Assembly (NCBI GenBank): GCA_965219535.1
Contig: CBDCNV010000001.1
Location: 1,320,001 to 1,352,000 of the forward strand
Length of the DNA: 32,000 bases
DNA from: Opitutales bacterium
GTDB taxonomy: Bacteria > Verrucomicrobiota > Verrucomicrobiia > Opitutales > PNEW01
Reading direction: 5' to 3'
Of this stretch, positions 9,887 through 18,140 are shown one piece after another. The position numbers and the translations under genes were made by a program. How positions within the stretch are numbered: the stretch's first letter is position 1; each line of letters opens with the position of its first letter. The notes beneath the pieces are model-generated. The model searched no databases and was not told the origin of the DNA. It saw only the letters and a program-made list of their open reading frames with translations.

Positions 9887-10222
9887 TTAATCACCCTTAA
9901 GATGTGCATTAATCCTGTTTTTCAAATCATCCTTACTCGTAAGACCAACTACCTGTTCGACTACGGTTCCCTCTTTGAAAATTAACATTGTTGGAATTGA
10001 TCGTATATTATATTGAGCGGCTATCTCTGTGTGATTGTCTACATTCACCTTGCCTATACGAATTCGATTACCGATCTCATCGGCAAGATCTTCTATAATC
10101 GGTGCAATCGTTAAACAAGGGTCGCACCACGGGGCCCAAAAATCTACGAGTATGGGGTTGGCGGTCTCACTTATTGTAGATTTAAAGTTATTGGAATTTA
10201 ATTCTAGTATGTTCTTTTTCAT
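9887..10222 (-). CDS. Thioredoxin (variant active site WCDPC)
   Basis: 111 aa with the classic thioredoxin pattern: VDFWAPWCDPC...IRSIPTMLIFKEG. The active-site Gly is replaced by Asp. Confidence 0.85.
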   Translation of the reverse strand: MKKNILELNSNNFKSTISETANPILVDFWAPWCDPCLTIAPIIEDLADEIGNRIRIGKVNVDNHTEIAAQYNIRSIPTMLIFKEGTVVEQVVGLTSKDDLKNRINAHLKGD

Positions 10223-10435
10223 TATTACCTCCTTAAAGTTTTATCAGATTGTTTTGAATGTTATTATTAACAAGAGAGAGATAAGTAAGATTTATTCCTG
10301 ATCAGGATTTTATCATTCACTGCAAGAATCTGGGTCTGTATATTTCAATCTGGGGATCAGATTTAAAACCTGGCCCTACTCTAAATTCAAGTGCAACTCA
10401 CGATTAGAACAATGGGCCTCGTGGGGTAGTCTCTA

Positions 10436-10481
10436 CAACGGATAACCGTGGTTAACACGGAATTCCGTGGTCACAACGGAT
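10436..10481. promoter_or_regulatory. Cluster of CACGG/CCGTG dyads (candidate enhancer/UAS for a sigma-54 activator)
   Basis: Sequence: CAACGGATAACCGTGGTTAACACGGAATTCCGTGGTCACAACGGAT. It contains a perfect 14-bp palindrome CACGGAATTCCGTG (10456..10469), CCGTGGT twice and CAACGGAT twice. It lies about 90 bp upstream of the -24 box at 10547. Confidence 0.4.
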
Positions 10482-10546
10482 GATTATGTAATTTCTAATA
10501 ATCATCAAGTCGTTGTACTTAAATGACTAGTGTGATTTATAAATCT

Positions 10547-10562
10547 TGGCACGGAATCTGTT
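10547..10562 (+). promoter_or_regulatory. Sigma-54-type promoter candidate (-24 perfect, -12 degenerate)
   Basis: TGGCACGGAATCTGTT against the consensus TGGCACG-N4-TTGCW. It reads GG-N10-GT instead of GG-N10-GC. It lies 53 nt upstream of the ORF at 10615. Confidence 0.45.
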
Positions 10563-10614
10563 ATAAATGAACACAAAATTAAAACTAAAATTCTGATCTT
10601 AGAAATAAAAGCCC

Positions 10615-10830
10615 ATGAAAAAGATAAGAACAAATAAAAATAATGTGAAGATAGAGGAAACAGAAGCGTATCTCGATGATTTATACCTTTTGGTGGCAGC
10701 TACCCTTTTCGGGGTACAAACCAACGGTGATATCAGACCATTTGAAGCGACCCAACGGACGCTCCGTTCGTTGATTGAAAACGATGAAAAGAAAAATCTG
10801 AAGAACTATGCTTGGGACCGCGTCGCTTAA
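10615..10830 (+). CDS. Hypothetical 71-aa protein
   Basis: An ORF only, with no motif I recognise. It is the first ORF downstream of the sigma-54-like promoter. Confidence 0.35.
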   Translation: MKKIRTNKNNVKIEETEAYLDDLYLLVAATLFGVQTNGDIRPFEATQRTLRSLIENDEKKNLKNYAWDRVA

Positions 10831-10904
10831 TATATTATTTATCATAGATAAAACAAAGATTACAAAAACTTAAAGATATTACTAATAGAAAGGAAATAAT
10901 AAAC

Positions 10905-11447
10905 ATGTCGCGAATCAATAAAATTAACCCTGATGAAGCATCGGGTAAATCAAAGGAGCTGCTCGATACTGTAAAAAGTAAAATGGGGATGGTTCCTAAT
11001 ATACTTCGCATTTACGCCAACGCACCTGCAGCTTTAGAAGCATACTTGAATTTCAGTGGAGCCCTTCAACAAGGAGTCCTTGATGCCAAGGAACGGGAAC
11101 AGATTTCACTGGTTGTATCCGAAGCTAACCAGTGTGAATACTGCCTCTCTGCTCATTCTGCAGTGGGGAAAATGGTGGGCTTGAAAGAGAATGAAATTCT
11201 CGAGGCACGAAGGGGAAAATCGACCGATGAACGGACCGCGGCAATACTTGAATTTGCTTTGTTGATCGTGGATAAGCGCGGGTTTGTCAGTAATGAAGAA
11301 TTAGATGAAGCGCGATCTGCCAGTCTCAGCGATGAAGAAATTGTAGAGATCATAGCAAACGTGGCCTATAATATTTTCACCAACTACTTTAATCATGTCG
11401 TCGAAACCGACATAGATTTCCCTATCGCGGAACCCTTGGTTCGATAA
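10905..11447 (+). CDS. Carboxymuconolactone decarboxylase / AhpD-like alkylhydroperoxidase family protein
   Basis: AhpD-core motif EREQISLVVSEANQCEYCLSAHS (CxxC followed by His). 180 aa. AGGAAA lies upstream of the ATG. Confidence 0.8.
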   Translation: MSRINKINPDEASGKSKELLDTVKSKMGMVPNILRIYANAPAALEAYLNFSGALQQGVLDAKEREQISLVVSEANQCEYCLSAHSAVGKMVGLKENEILEARRGKSTDERTAAILEFALLIVDKRGFVSNEELDEARSASLSDEEIVEIIANVAYNIFTNYFNHVVETDIDFPIAEPLVR

Positions 11448-11481
11448 GAATACTGATTACCTCAAGCGGAATGCTAGTCAA

Positions 11482-11685
11482 ATGTCATATAAAAATTTAA
11501 AAGTAACTGAAGACGGAGTTTCTAAGTCTCAAAAGAAACAGACAGTCAAAGAAATGAAGGAAACTTTAGTAAATGTTCTAAGCAAGAAACCTGAACATAT
11601 ACACAAAGTAATAGATGGAGTTGATACAGAAAATTGGGGATTTTCAGGAATTCTGACTGCCGATTACAAGCAGTTAAAAGACTAG
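11482..11685 (+). CDS. 4-oxalocrotonate tautomerase-like small protein lacking the N-terminal catalytic Pro
   Basis: The pattern S-x-QKK...VKEMKETLVNVL...PEHIHKVIDGVDTENWGFSG resembles the tautomerase beta-alpha-beta fold (S-EQK...PE.V.V.I.E....NWG.GG). Residue 2 is Ser rather than Pro. Confidence 0.4.
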   Translation: MSYKNLKVTEDGVSKSQKKQTVKEMKETLVNVLSKKPEHIHKVIDGVDTENWGFSGILTADYKQLKD

Positions 11686-11752
11686 CCAATCGGAATTTAA
11701 AAACCAATAGAGCGGATAGATGCACTATCGACTAATTCATTCAACTCATCTT

Positions 11753-11800
11753 CACGGGTAACAAAGCACGGTATCCGATTATTAAAAACGGTTACCGTTT
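11753..11800. promoter_or_regulatory. Second cluster of CACGG / ACGG-N3-CCGT dyads (candidate UAS)
   Basis: CACGG at 11753, CACGGTATCCG at 11767..11777, and the dyad AAACGGTTACCGTTT at 11786..11800. The cluster lies about 100-140 bp upstream of the -24/-12 promoter at 11897. Confidence 0.35.
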
Positions 11801-11896
11801 TTAGGAATCTAATTCACGTTAAGATAAGAGCCGGCTTAATTTTTAAGTATCTATAAATTAATAACTTAATCAATTAGTATCGACCTTTTCCAAATT

Positions 11897-11913
11897 TGGC
11901 ACGGCGTGTGCAT
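11897..11913 (+). promoter_or_regulatory. Sigma-54 (-24/-12) promoter
   Basis: TGGCACGGCGTGTGCAT matches TGGCACG-N4-TTGCW, with correct GG-N10-GC spacing and one mismatch in the -12 box. It lies 59 nt upstream of the ATG at 11972. A sigma-54 activator gene lies 2 kb upstream. Confidence 0.65.
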
Positions 11914-11971
11914 ATCTTCAGATACAATTAATCAAGTTAGGATTGAACTAATAAAATAAATTAAAACGACA

Positions 11972-12220
11972 ATGAAGCGAATAATATCTGCATCCTTTAT
12001 TTCCCTGATTTTTACCCTGATTACGGGTTGTGTGTCATACGGTCCAGGTGCACAGAGTAATAAGAATGATCGTGATGTTTCCGAGACGGCAGTTGTAGCA
12101 ACGCTAGGAATTTTCAGGGGCATCATAAAAGACGAAAATGAATATACTCTCCAAAAGGAAGCACGAGACCGTCTTCTCAATGAACACAATTCGCTCACTG
12201 TCTGGCAAACCTCCTTTTAA
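11972..12220 (+). CDS. Small lipoprotein (82 aa)
   Basis: Signal peptide with lipobox LITGC (MKRIISASFISLIFTLITGCVSYG). It is the first ORF after the sigma-54 promoter. Confidence 0.5.
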   Translation: MKRIISASFISLIFTLITGCVSYGPGAQSNKNDRDVSETAVVATLGIFRGIIKDENEYTLQKEARDRLLNEHNSLTVWQTSF

Positions 12221-12296
12221 TGATAGGAGACAAGGGAATTAAATAATCTAAATTAAGAAATAAAAATATAAATATAAAAGAAAGGACGAACATAAA

Positions 12297-12746
12297 ATGA
12301 ATAAACTAAAGCTAAGTATAATCGCGTTTCTGCTTTTTGCGGGAGCCCATATCTCGTTTGCAGCTGATAGCCACTCGCTGCCAGCTATATCGGGCTATGA
12401 TCCGGTCGCCTATTTCACGATGGATAAGGCCGTTCGTGGAAGTGGCTATCACGTATCCACCTATAGAGGTCAATCGTTTATTTTTTCGAGTAAAGATAAT
12501 TTGAAGCTATTTGAAAAAGATCCCAGTAAGTATATACCGGCCTACAATGGCTGGTGTGCCTACGGTGTTTCTGTTGGGAAAAAATTTCATATCGATCCCA
12601 CCGTGTTTGCGGTAGTAAATGGTAAACTCTACCTCAATCTGGATAAAGACATTCAAAAAACTTGGAATAAAGATCGAAGTGGGAACATCATAAAAGCTAA
12701 CAAGAATTGGATAGAAATCAAAGATGAGGCTGCAGCTAATCTTTAA
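12297..12746 (+). CDS. Secreted YHS-domain protein
   Basis: Signal peptide, then GYDPVAYF...YRGQSFIFSSKDNLKLFEKDPSKYIPAYNGWCAYG, the pattern of the periplasmic YHS-domain family. AAGGA lies upstream of the ATG. Confidence 0.7.
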   Translation: MNKLKLSIIAFLLFAGAHISFAADSHSLPAISGYDPVAYFTMDKAVRGSGYHVSTYRGQSFIFSSKDNLKLFEKDPSKYIPAYNGWCAYGVSVGKKFHIDPTVFAVVNGKLYLNLDKDIQKTWNKDRSGNIIKANKNWIEIKDEAAANL

Positions 12747-12762
12747 CCTTAACTCCTGATGA

Positions 12763-12792
12763 CTTGGGCCCTTTTATCATAAAGGGCCCAAG
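12763..12792 (+). terminator. Stem-loop after the YHS gene (possible intrinsic terminator or attenuator)
   Basis: Perfect 12-bp arms CTTGGGCCCTTT / AAAGGGCCCAAG with a 6-nt loop, 17 nt after the stop codon. The sequence that follows is AT-rich but not a clean T-run. Confidence 0.5.
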
Positions 12793-12835
12793 ATTAATTG
12801 GGCTAATATTAAATAGTATAAAAATAATTTAACCC

Positions 12836-13567
12836 ATGAAGAATAGAATCGCGATAATCTTACTTACCTTTTTACTGACAAGCAGCGCGGGTGTTGTTCT
12901 TGCAATTAATATTCAACCGCTCGATTTAACAAATGAATTGGAGGCTCTCAGCGCTAAAAATAAAATGAGCTTCGATCGGCTCGCTCATGAAGCTTTAGAA
13001 GAAAGTTTTATCACCTTCCGTGAATCTGGTATTGAAGATAGGGCACGCAATAAGGGAGACCGCGCACCGAATTTAAGTTTGCCCAATGCTTTGGGTGAAA
13101 TGGTGAGTATCAATGAAGCCTTGAACGAAGGTCCGGCCGTTGTTCTCTTTTATATGGGTGAGTGGTGTCCCTACTGCAATATATCGCTGCGCGCATACCA
13201 GAGAGCGTTACCGGATATCCAAGCAGCCGGCGCAAATCTATTCGCAATTTCACCAGAGAAACCTGACAATAGTCTGACCTTGATCGAGAAAAACGATCTC
13301 GGATTTGAGGTGTTGACCGACCGAAACAGCAGGGTCGCTAAAAAATTCGGAATCGCTTACCGCGTGGACGAAGCATTAAGTGCGATTTCAGATGAAATAG
13401 ATCTTAAGGAAAAGAACGATAGCCGCAAACTCGAACTACCTTTGACCGCAATCTACGTGATTGATCAGGACCGTATAATTCAATACGCGTTTGTTAATGT
13501 TGACTATCGGAAGCGAGCGGAACCTTTCGAGATAGTGGAGGTTTTACGGACTTTAAAGCAAGGGTAA
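12836..13567 (+). CDS. Secreted peroxiredoxin-like / AhpC-TSA (redoxin) family protein with CPYC motif
   Basis: Signal peptide, then GDRAPNLSLPNALGEMVSI...PAVVLFYMGEWCPYCN...LFAISPE, a thioredoxin-fold Prx-like pattern. Confidence 0.75.
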   Translation: MKNRIAIILLTFLLTSSAGVVLAINIQPLDLTNELEALSAKNKMSFDRLAHEALEESFITFRESGIEDRARNKGDRAPNLSLPNALGEMVSINEALNEGPAVVLFYMGEWCPYCNISLRAYQRALPDIQAAGANLFAISPEKPDNSLTLIEKNDLGFEVLTDRNSRVAKKFGIAYRVDEALSAISDEIDLKEKNDSRKLELPLTAIYVIDQDRIIQYAFVNVDYRKRAEPFEIVEVLRTLKQG

Positions 13568-13627
13568 TTGTTGTCCCTTACGTGTACTTTTTCATTGGTT
13601 TAATAAAAACTAAATTTACAAAAAAAT

Positions 13628-14557
13628 ATGGATAAAATTATGACAAATCAAAACTTACCTAATCAAAAGGTCATCCTCGTTACCGGAAGTAGTAACGGAA
13701 TAGGCAGGTTGACAGTCGAAACATTAGCACGGCAAGGAAATACAGTTTATGCATCGATGCGCGACGCCAATGGCAGGAATGCAGCTGTTCGTACCGAGTT
13801 GCAGCAACTTGCTGAAGATGAGAATCTCAACCTCTATGTCATTGAACTTGATGTAACGGAGGACAACTCGGTGGAAAAAGCCGTTGCCGAAATCATCGAA
13901 AACGAAGGACGAGTTGACGTGCTGGTTAATAACGCGGGCGTCATGAATATTGGAATAACGGAAGGTTTCACCTTGGAACAAGTAAAGCGGCAGTTCGATA
14001 TCAACTTCTATGGTGCGGTTAGGACGAATCGCGCTGTATTGCCACACATGCGTGAGCAGGGAGAAGGACTGTTGATTCAATTAAGCTCCGTGGTTGGTCG
14101 CGTCGTACTCCCATTTTTCGGGATTTACAATGCCAGCAAGTTCGCTGTCGAAGCAATGAGTGAGGCCTATCGTTATGATCTTTCTGGTTTGGGAATCGAC
14201 TCCGTTATTGTTGAGCCAGGTCCATTTGCCACGAATTTATTCGCAACTATTCCCTGGCCGGAAGACAAGGAACGGGTGGAGGAATATATAGATCTCACAG
14301 GTATGGCTGAGAAGATGATTGCTAATTTCGAGGAGCTAAATAATAGCGACGACGCACGGGATCCTCAAGAAGTGGCAGATGCAATTTCAAATCTAATTGT
14401 AACTCCAACCGGTGAGCGTCCACTCCGGACTGTTGTCGGCAACGATTTTGGCGTGACTAAATTAAATGAAGCAGTCGCTCCATTTCAGCATGGCGTGTTG
14501 GAAGCCCTCGATATGCAGCAAATGGAGCAACCGGTTTCTACTGCTGAAGCGGTTTGA
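13628..14557 (+). CDS. Short-chain dehydrogenase/reductase (SDR)
   Basis: TGSSNGIGR cofactor motif, NNAG, and the catalytic S...YNASK. Confidence 0.85.
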   Translation: MDKIMTNQNLPNQKVILVTGSSNGIGRLTVETLARQGNTVYASMRDANGRNAAVRTELQQLAEDENLNLYVIELDVTEDNSVEKAVAEIIENEGRVDVLVNNAGVMNIGITEGFTLEQVKRQFDINFYGAVRTNRAVLPHMREQGEGLLIQLSSVVGRVVLPFFGIYNASKFAVEAMSEAYRYDLSGLGIDSVIVEPGPFATNLFATIPWPEDKERVEEYIDLTGMAEKMIANFEELNNSDDARDPQEVADAISNLIVTPTGERPLRTVVGNDFGVTKLNEAVAPFQHGVLEALDMQQMEQPVSTAEAV

Positions 14558-14600
14558 GAAGCAATAATTAATACTAATAAAAAAAATAAGGAAATAAGTT

Positions 14601-14975
14601 ATGAGCAACATACCTACGAACACAAATGATAGTGAAATGATTGAAAGGACTGTACAGTCTTATATTAACGGAGCTAAGTCTGGGAAAGGTGAAGATATGA
14701 AACCTGCATTCCACGAAGACGCGACGATTTTTGGATATATTGGGGATGATTTATTCGCTGGTCCCATACAGGGACTCTTTGATTGGAACGATGAAAACGG
14801 TCCAGCAACTGAACTCGAAGCAAGAATAGCCAAAATTGATATTGTCGGTACGATCGCTACCGTTAGTCTTGAACTTGATAACTGGACAGGTCATAGATTT
14901 ACCGACTTATTTACACTGCTTAAGGTAGATGGTAATTGGAAGATTATGAATAAAGTATTTCATCTCCATGCCTAA
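14601..14975 (+). CDS. NTF2-fold (SnoaL / lumazine-binding-like) protein
   Basis: 124 aa. The size and the C-terminal GNWKIMNKVFH pattern are typical of NTF2-like small proteins. AAGGAAA lies upstream of the ATG. Confidence 0.6.
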   Translation: MSNIPTNTNDSEMIERTVQSYINGAKSGKGEDMKPAFHEDATIFGYIGDDLFAGPIQGLFDWNDENGPATELEARIAKIDIVGTIATVSLELDNWTGHRFTDLFTLLKVDGNWKIMNKVFHLHA

Positions 14976-15128
14976 CACTTTGTCAGTCTTGCCCCGTCAT
15001 TAACGTTGATTTCGGCCCATAGATATTTCATTAGAAATAATCACCAGGCTTTAGGTAACCATATCTAATTCATATTCAAGGGGGCAGAGGAATGTCGCGC
15101 TTTCTCACAGGCATACATTGAAGTTTAC

Positions 15129-15161
15129 GATGGGTTAGGGAGATACTCTCCCTAACCCATC
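15129..15161. terminator. Perfect 14-bp hairpin between convergent genes (possible bidirectional terminator)
   Basis: Arms GATGGGTTAGGGAG / CTCCCTAACCCATC with a 5-nt loop. The second arm overlaps the GNAT stop codon. No flanking T-run. Confidence 0.35.
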
Positions 15162-15580
15162 GGCATTCGTTGAAGTTTTAGATGAGTTTCGGTTTCATCA
15201 TATACCTCAAATCCAAATTTATTATATAAATATTCTGCTGGATTTCCTTTAATTACATTAAGGGTAATTTTTTTAGAAAGCTTCTCAGACTTGGCTATGG
15301 CCGCAATAATGATCGAAGTACCAATTCCCTGGTTTTGATAAGCGCGATCGATTTGAATTTCCGCGATGTAAAGCATTTCCTCATTGTGAACTAACTTTGT
15401 GAACCCAATCATCTTATTCTCCACTTCAATCACATCAATTGATTCAGGTTTATAATTCTCTCGAAATAACCGCGCGTTCCAGGTGGATACTTTATTTACA
15501 TGCCCTTTCATGTTATCAGTAACGAGCCTGTCCAGGTATTCAAAATCATCCCAGGTTGCTTTTCTCAAACCGTATTTCAT
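15152..15580 (-). CDS. GNAT-family N-acetyltransferase
   Basis: The acetyl-CoA motif region IQIDRAYQNQGIGTSII and the C-terminal YNKFGFE are typical of GNAT proteins. Confidence 0.8.
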   Translation of the reverse strand: MKYGLRKATWDDFEYLDRLVTDNMKGHVNKVSTWNARLFRENYKPESIDVIEVENKMIGFTKLVHNEEMLYIAEIQIDRAYQNQGIGTSIIIAAIAKSEKLSKKITLNVIKGNPAEYLYNKFGFEVYDETETHLKLQRMPMG

Positions 15581-15768
15581 TTTATAGCACTCTTTTTCCC
15601 TACGATTAAAAGGTTTTGGGGCAATTGTTTGAGATTTGTTTTATTCCAATCGTCATCCTCTTCTCCATGCTCTTCGATCTTTAATAATTCACAACCTGTC
15701 GAAATCACGGTTTGAATATGATCGGCAACAGTCCAATGGTATTCAAATTGAGGGAGTCCATCACGTGT

Positions 15769-16326
15769 CTAAAATTTAAATGGACCTCGATTGTAGTAAG
15801 AGTATTTCAGAACAATTTCTTTGCTCTCCTCACACCATATTCTGCGGAAGGGATGATATTCATTTATAATGATATATGAACCTGTTTTTAATATGCGAAC
15901 AGCCTCTGAATAATACTTCTTAATATCCGAAGTCCAAACCGCTACATGCCCACCGGTATATACGGTGTCAAAACTTTCATTTTCTATTTTATCTAATTGA
16001 GTAACATCGGCACGTAAAAAAGATATTTTTAAGTCTAAGCAATCAGCTCTTTCACTCGCTATTTCCAATTGTCTTTCTGAATTATCAACAGAAGTTACCT
16101 CAGCGCCCATCCCAGCCATGGCAAACACGACTTCATTGTCGCCGCTCCCCAGTACGCAGACAGATTTACCTTGAATATCTTTCAAATATTCAATTTCAGA
16201 AGCGGTCAGGACTAAAGTTGGGTCCTTATGGCATTTATTCCATAAACCGCGTTTATCCGTTCGTTCTTTCCATCTTTCCGCTCCGGCGTTCCACTGCTTG
16301 CGATTAGCCTCATGTTTGGCATTCAT
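15769..16326 (-). CDS. Class I SAM-dependent methyltransferase
   Basis: Motif I VCVLGSGDN followed by an acidic motif II (VTSVDNS). Confidence 0.75.
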   Translation of the reverse strand: MNAKHEANRKQWNAGAERWKERTDKRGLWNKCHKDPTLVLTASEIEYLKDIQGKSVCVLGSGDNEVVFAMAGMGAEVTSVDNSERQLEIASERADCLDLKISFLRADVTQLDKIENESFDTVYTGGHVAVWTSDIKKYYSEAVRILKTGSYIIINEYHPFRRIWCEESKEIVLKYSYYNRGPFKF

Positions 16327-16480
16327 TGTCGTGTTAAATAGAATAGTGGCAGGCCTTGCAATCTAGCATAATATGTAAAATATTAGCCTGTGGGTCCTGA
16401 CCCAATTGATTATGACTCCATTTAATAAAATAGTGTGTAATTCGGGTCATGGGTTAATCGCCAGGAGAATTAATGTCATA

Positions 16481-18094
16481 ATGAAACAGGGTCTTTTAAT
16501 TATCAGTTTTCTCTTATTCGTGAACCTTGTATCTGGTTCAATTGACGCTCAATACGCGGAATTAAAACCGCGTGCAAAAAAAGGAAACCCGGAGGCACAA
16601 TTCTATCTCGGGTGGATGTTTGATACGGGCAAAGGGGCCAATCGAAATTTACATAAAGCGTTTAAATGGTATAGCTTGGCCGCAGAACAGGGACATGCTG
16701 AAGCCCAATTTAATCTCGGTTGGATGTATGATATCGGCAATGGCGCCGAGCAGAAAATAGGTAATGCCGTTTTATGGCAGGGCATTGACATAGAGCAGGT
16801 AGAATTAAGTTATCAGACCTACCGGGGGGATATTTCAGCTAAAGGTCGAGGGATAAATCAGGATTACGCGATGGCGGTTAAATGGTACCGCAAGGCGGCT
16901 GAACAGGGACACGCCCGTGCCCAATTAAATCTCGGTGGTATGTATTTCGCTGGCCAGGGCGTAGCACAAGATAAGGTGGAGGCGTTCAAATGGCATCGTA
17001 AAGCCGCCGAGCAGGGCTATGCCCCAGCACAGTATAACCTTGGCGTGATGTATGAAATGAACGAGGGAGTAGCGAAAGATGATGTCGAGGCAGCCAGGTG
17101 GTATCGCAAAGCAGCTGAACAGAGTTACATCCTGTCACAAAAAAAGCTGGCCTCGCTGTATGCCAATGGACAAGGGATCGAGAAGGATCTTACCGAAGTA
17201 GCTAAGTGGTATCGCAAAGCGGCAGAACAAGGCGATTCCGAATCCCAATACAATTTAGGTCTAATCTATGCCAAGGGACTCGGCGTAGAATACGACCGCG
17301 CTGAGGCAGTTAAGTGGTTCAATGAAGCAGCTAAAAAAGGGACCGCGCAAATGCAATATAAATTGGGGCTTAGGTACGCAAAGGGACTAGATCTAGAGCA
17401 AAATCCTGCCGAAGCATTTAAGTGGTATCTCATATCAGCTAAAAGGGGCTATGCTGAAGCCCAGTATACCCTGGCACAGATGTATGATGAGGGCCTCGGT
17501 GTAACCCAGGATGAAGAGGAAGCACTTAAGTGGTATCGCAGAGCGGCTAAACGCGGTAGTGACGCATCTAAAAATTGGATGATAGAATATAATAATAGAC
17601 AATTACTGGAATTAATAAAACGTGCCGTAAAAGGCGATGCGCAATCCCAATACGACCTGGGATTAAAATTTTTAAATGGAGATGAATTTGAAAAAAATTA
17701 TACGGAGGCTGTTGAATGGTTTCGTAGAGCGGCCGAACAGGGATTTCCATCAGCCCAACTGCAATTAGGTTTAATGTATTCACGGACCGAATGGATAGAA
17801 CAAGACTATAACGAAGCTGCGAAGTGGCATAGAAAGGCAGCCGAACAGGGGATTTCCGCCGCGCAATACAATATTGGAATGATGTATATGAAGGGGTTAA
17901 GTGTGAAAGAGGATAATATTAAAGCCTATATGTGGTTAAGTATTGCTGCTGCATCCAATGTAGATAATTACGCATCTATTAGGGACCGATTAGAAATGCT
18001 CAGGCGTCAATTATCTAAAAAACAAATTAATGAAAGCGAACGATTGGTAAAACTTTGGCAGCTTAAGCAGGGTAATGAAATAACCATCCGTTAG
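16481..18094 (+). CDS. Secreted Sel1/TPR-like repeat protein (about 12 repeats)
   Basis: Reiterated A.KWYRKAAEQG...AQ.NLG.MY..G.GV motifs. The signal peptide begins at the ATG at 16481 (MKQGLLIISFLLFVNLVSG). The tracked ORF starts 25 codons upstream. Confidence 0.85.
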   Translation: MKQGLLIISFLLFVNLVSGSIDAQYAELKPRAKKGNPEAQFYLGWMFDTGKGANRNLHKAFKWYSLAAEQGHAEAQFNLGWMYDIGNGAEQKIGNAVLWQGIDIEQVELSYQTYRGDISAKGRGINQDYAMAVKWYRKAAEQGHARAQLNLGGMYFAGQGVAQDKVEAFKWHRKAAEQGYAPAQYNLGVMYEMNEGVAKDDVEAARWYRKAAEQSYILSQKKLASLYANGQGIEKDLTEVAKWYRKAAEQGDSESQYNLGLIYAKGLGVEYDRAEAVKWFNEAAKKGTAQMQYKLGLRYAKGLDLEQNPAEAFKWYLISAKRGYAEAQYTLAQMYDEGLGVTQDEEEALKWYRRAAKRGSDASKNWMIEYNNRQLLELIKRAVKGDAQSQYDLGLKFLNGDEFEKNYTEAVEWFRRAAEQGFPSAQLQLGLMYSRTEWIEQDYNEAAKWHRKAAEQGISAAQYNIGMMYMKGLSVKEDNIKAYMWLSIAAASNVDNYASIRDRLEMLRRQLSKKQINESERLVKLWQLKQGNEITIR

Positions 18095-18140
18095 TAGCCT
18101 TACATTAATCGATCTGGTAGAAATCCGAATTACCGTTGGT

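Noticed and set aside
9770-10301. ORFs 9770..9985 and 10035..10301 on the plus strand
   Set aside because: They are antisense to or overlap the well-supported thioredoxin gene and its flanks. They have no motif and AT-rich composition.
11932-12198. An 88-aa minus-strand ORF overlapping the lipoprotein ORF
   Set aside because: It is antisense to an ORF that has a canonical lipobox and sits directly downstream of the sigma-54 promoter. The plus-strand reading is preferred.
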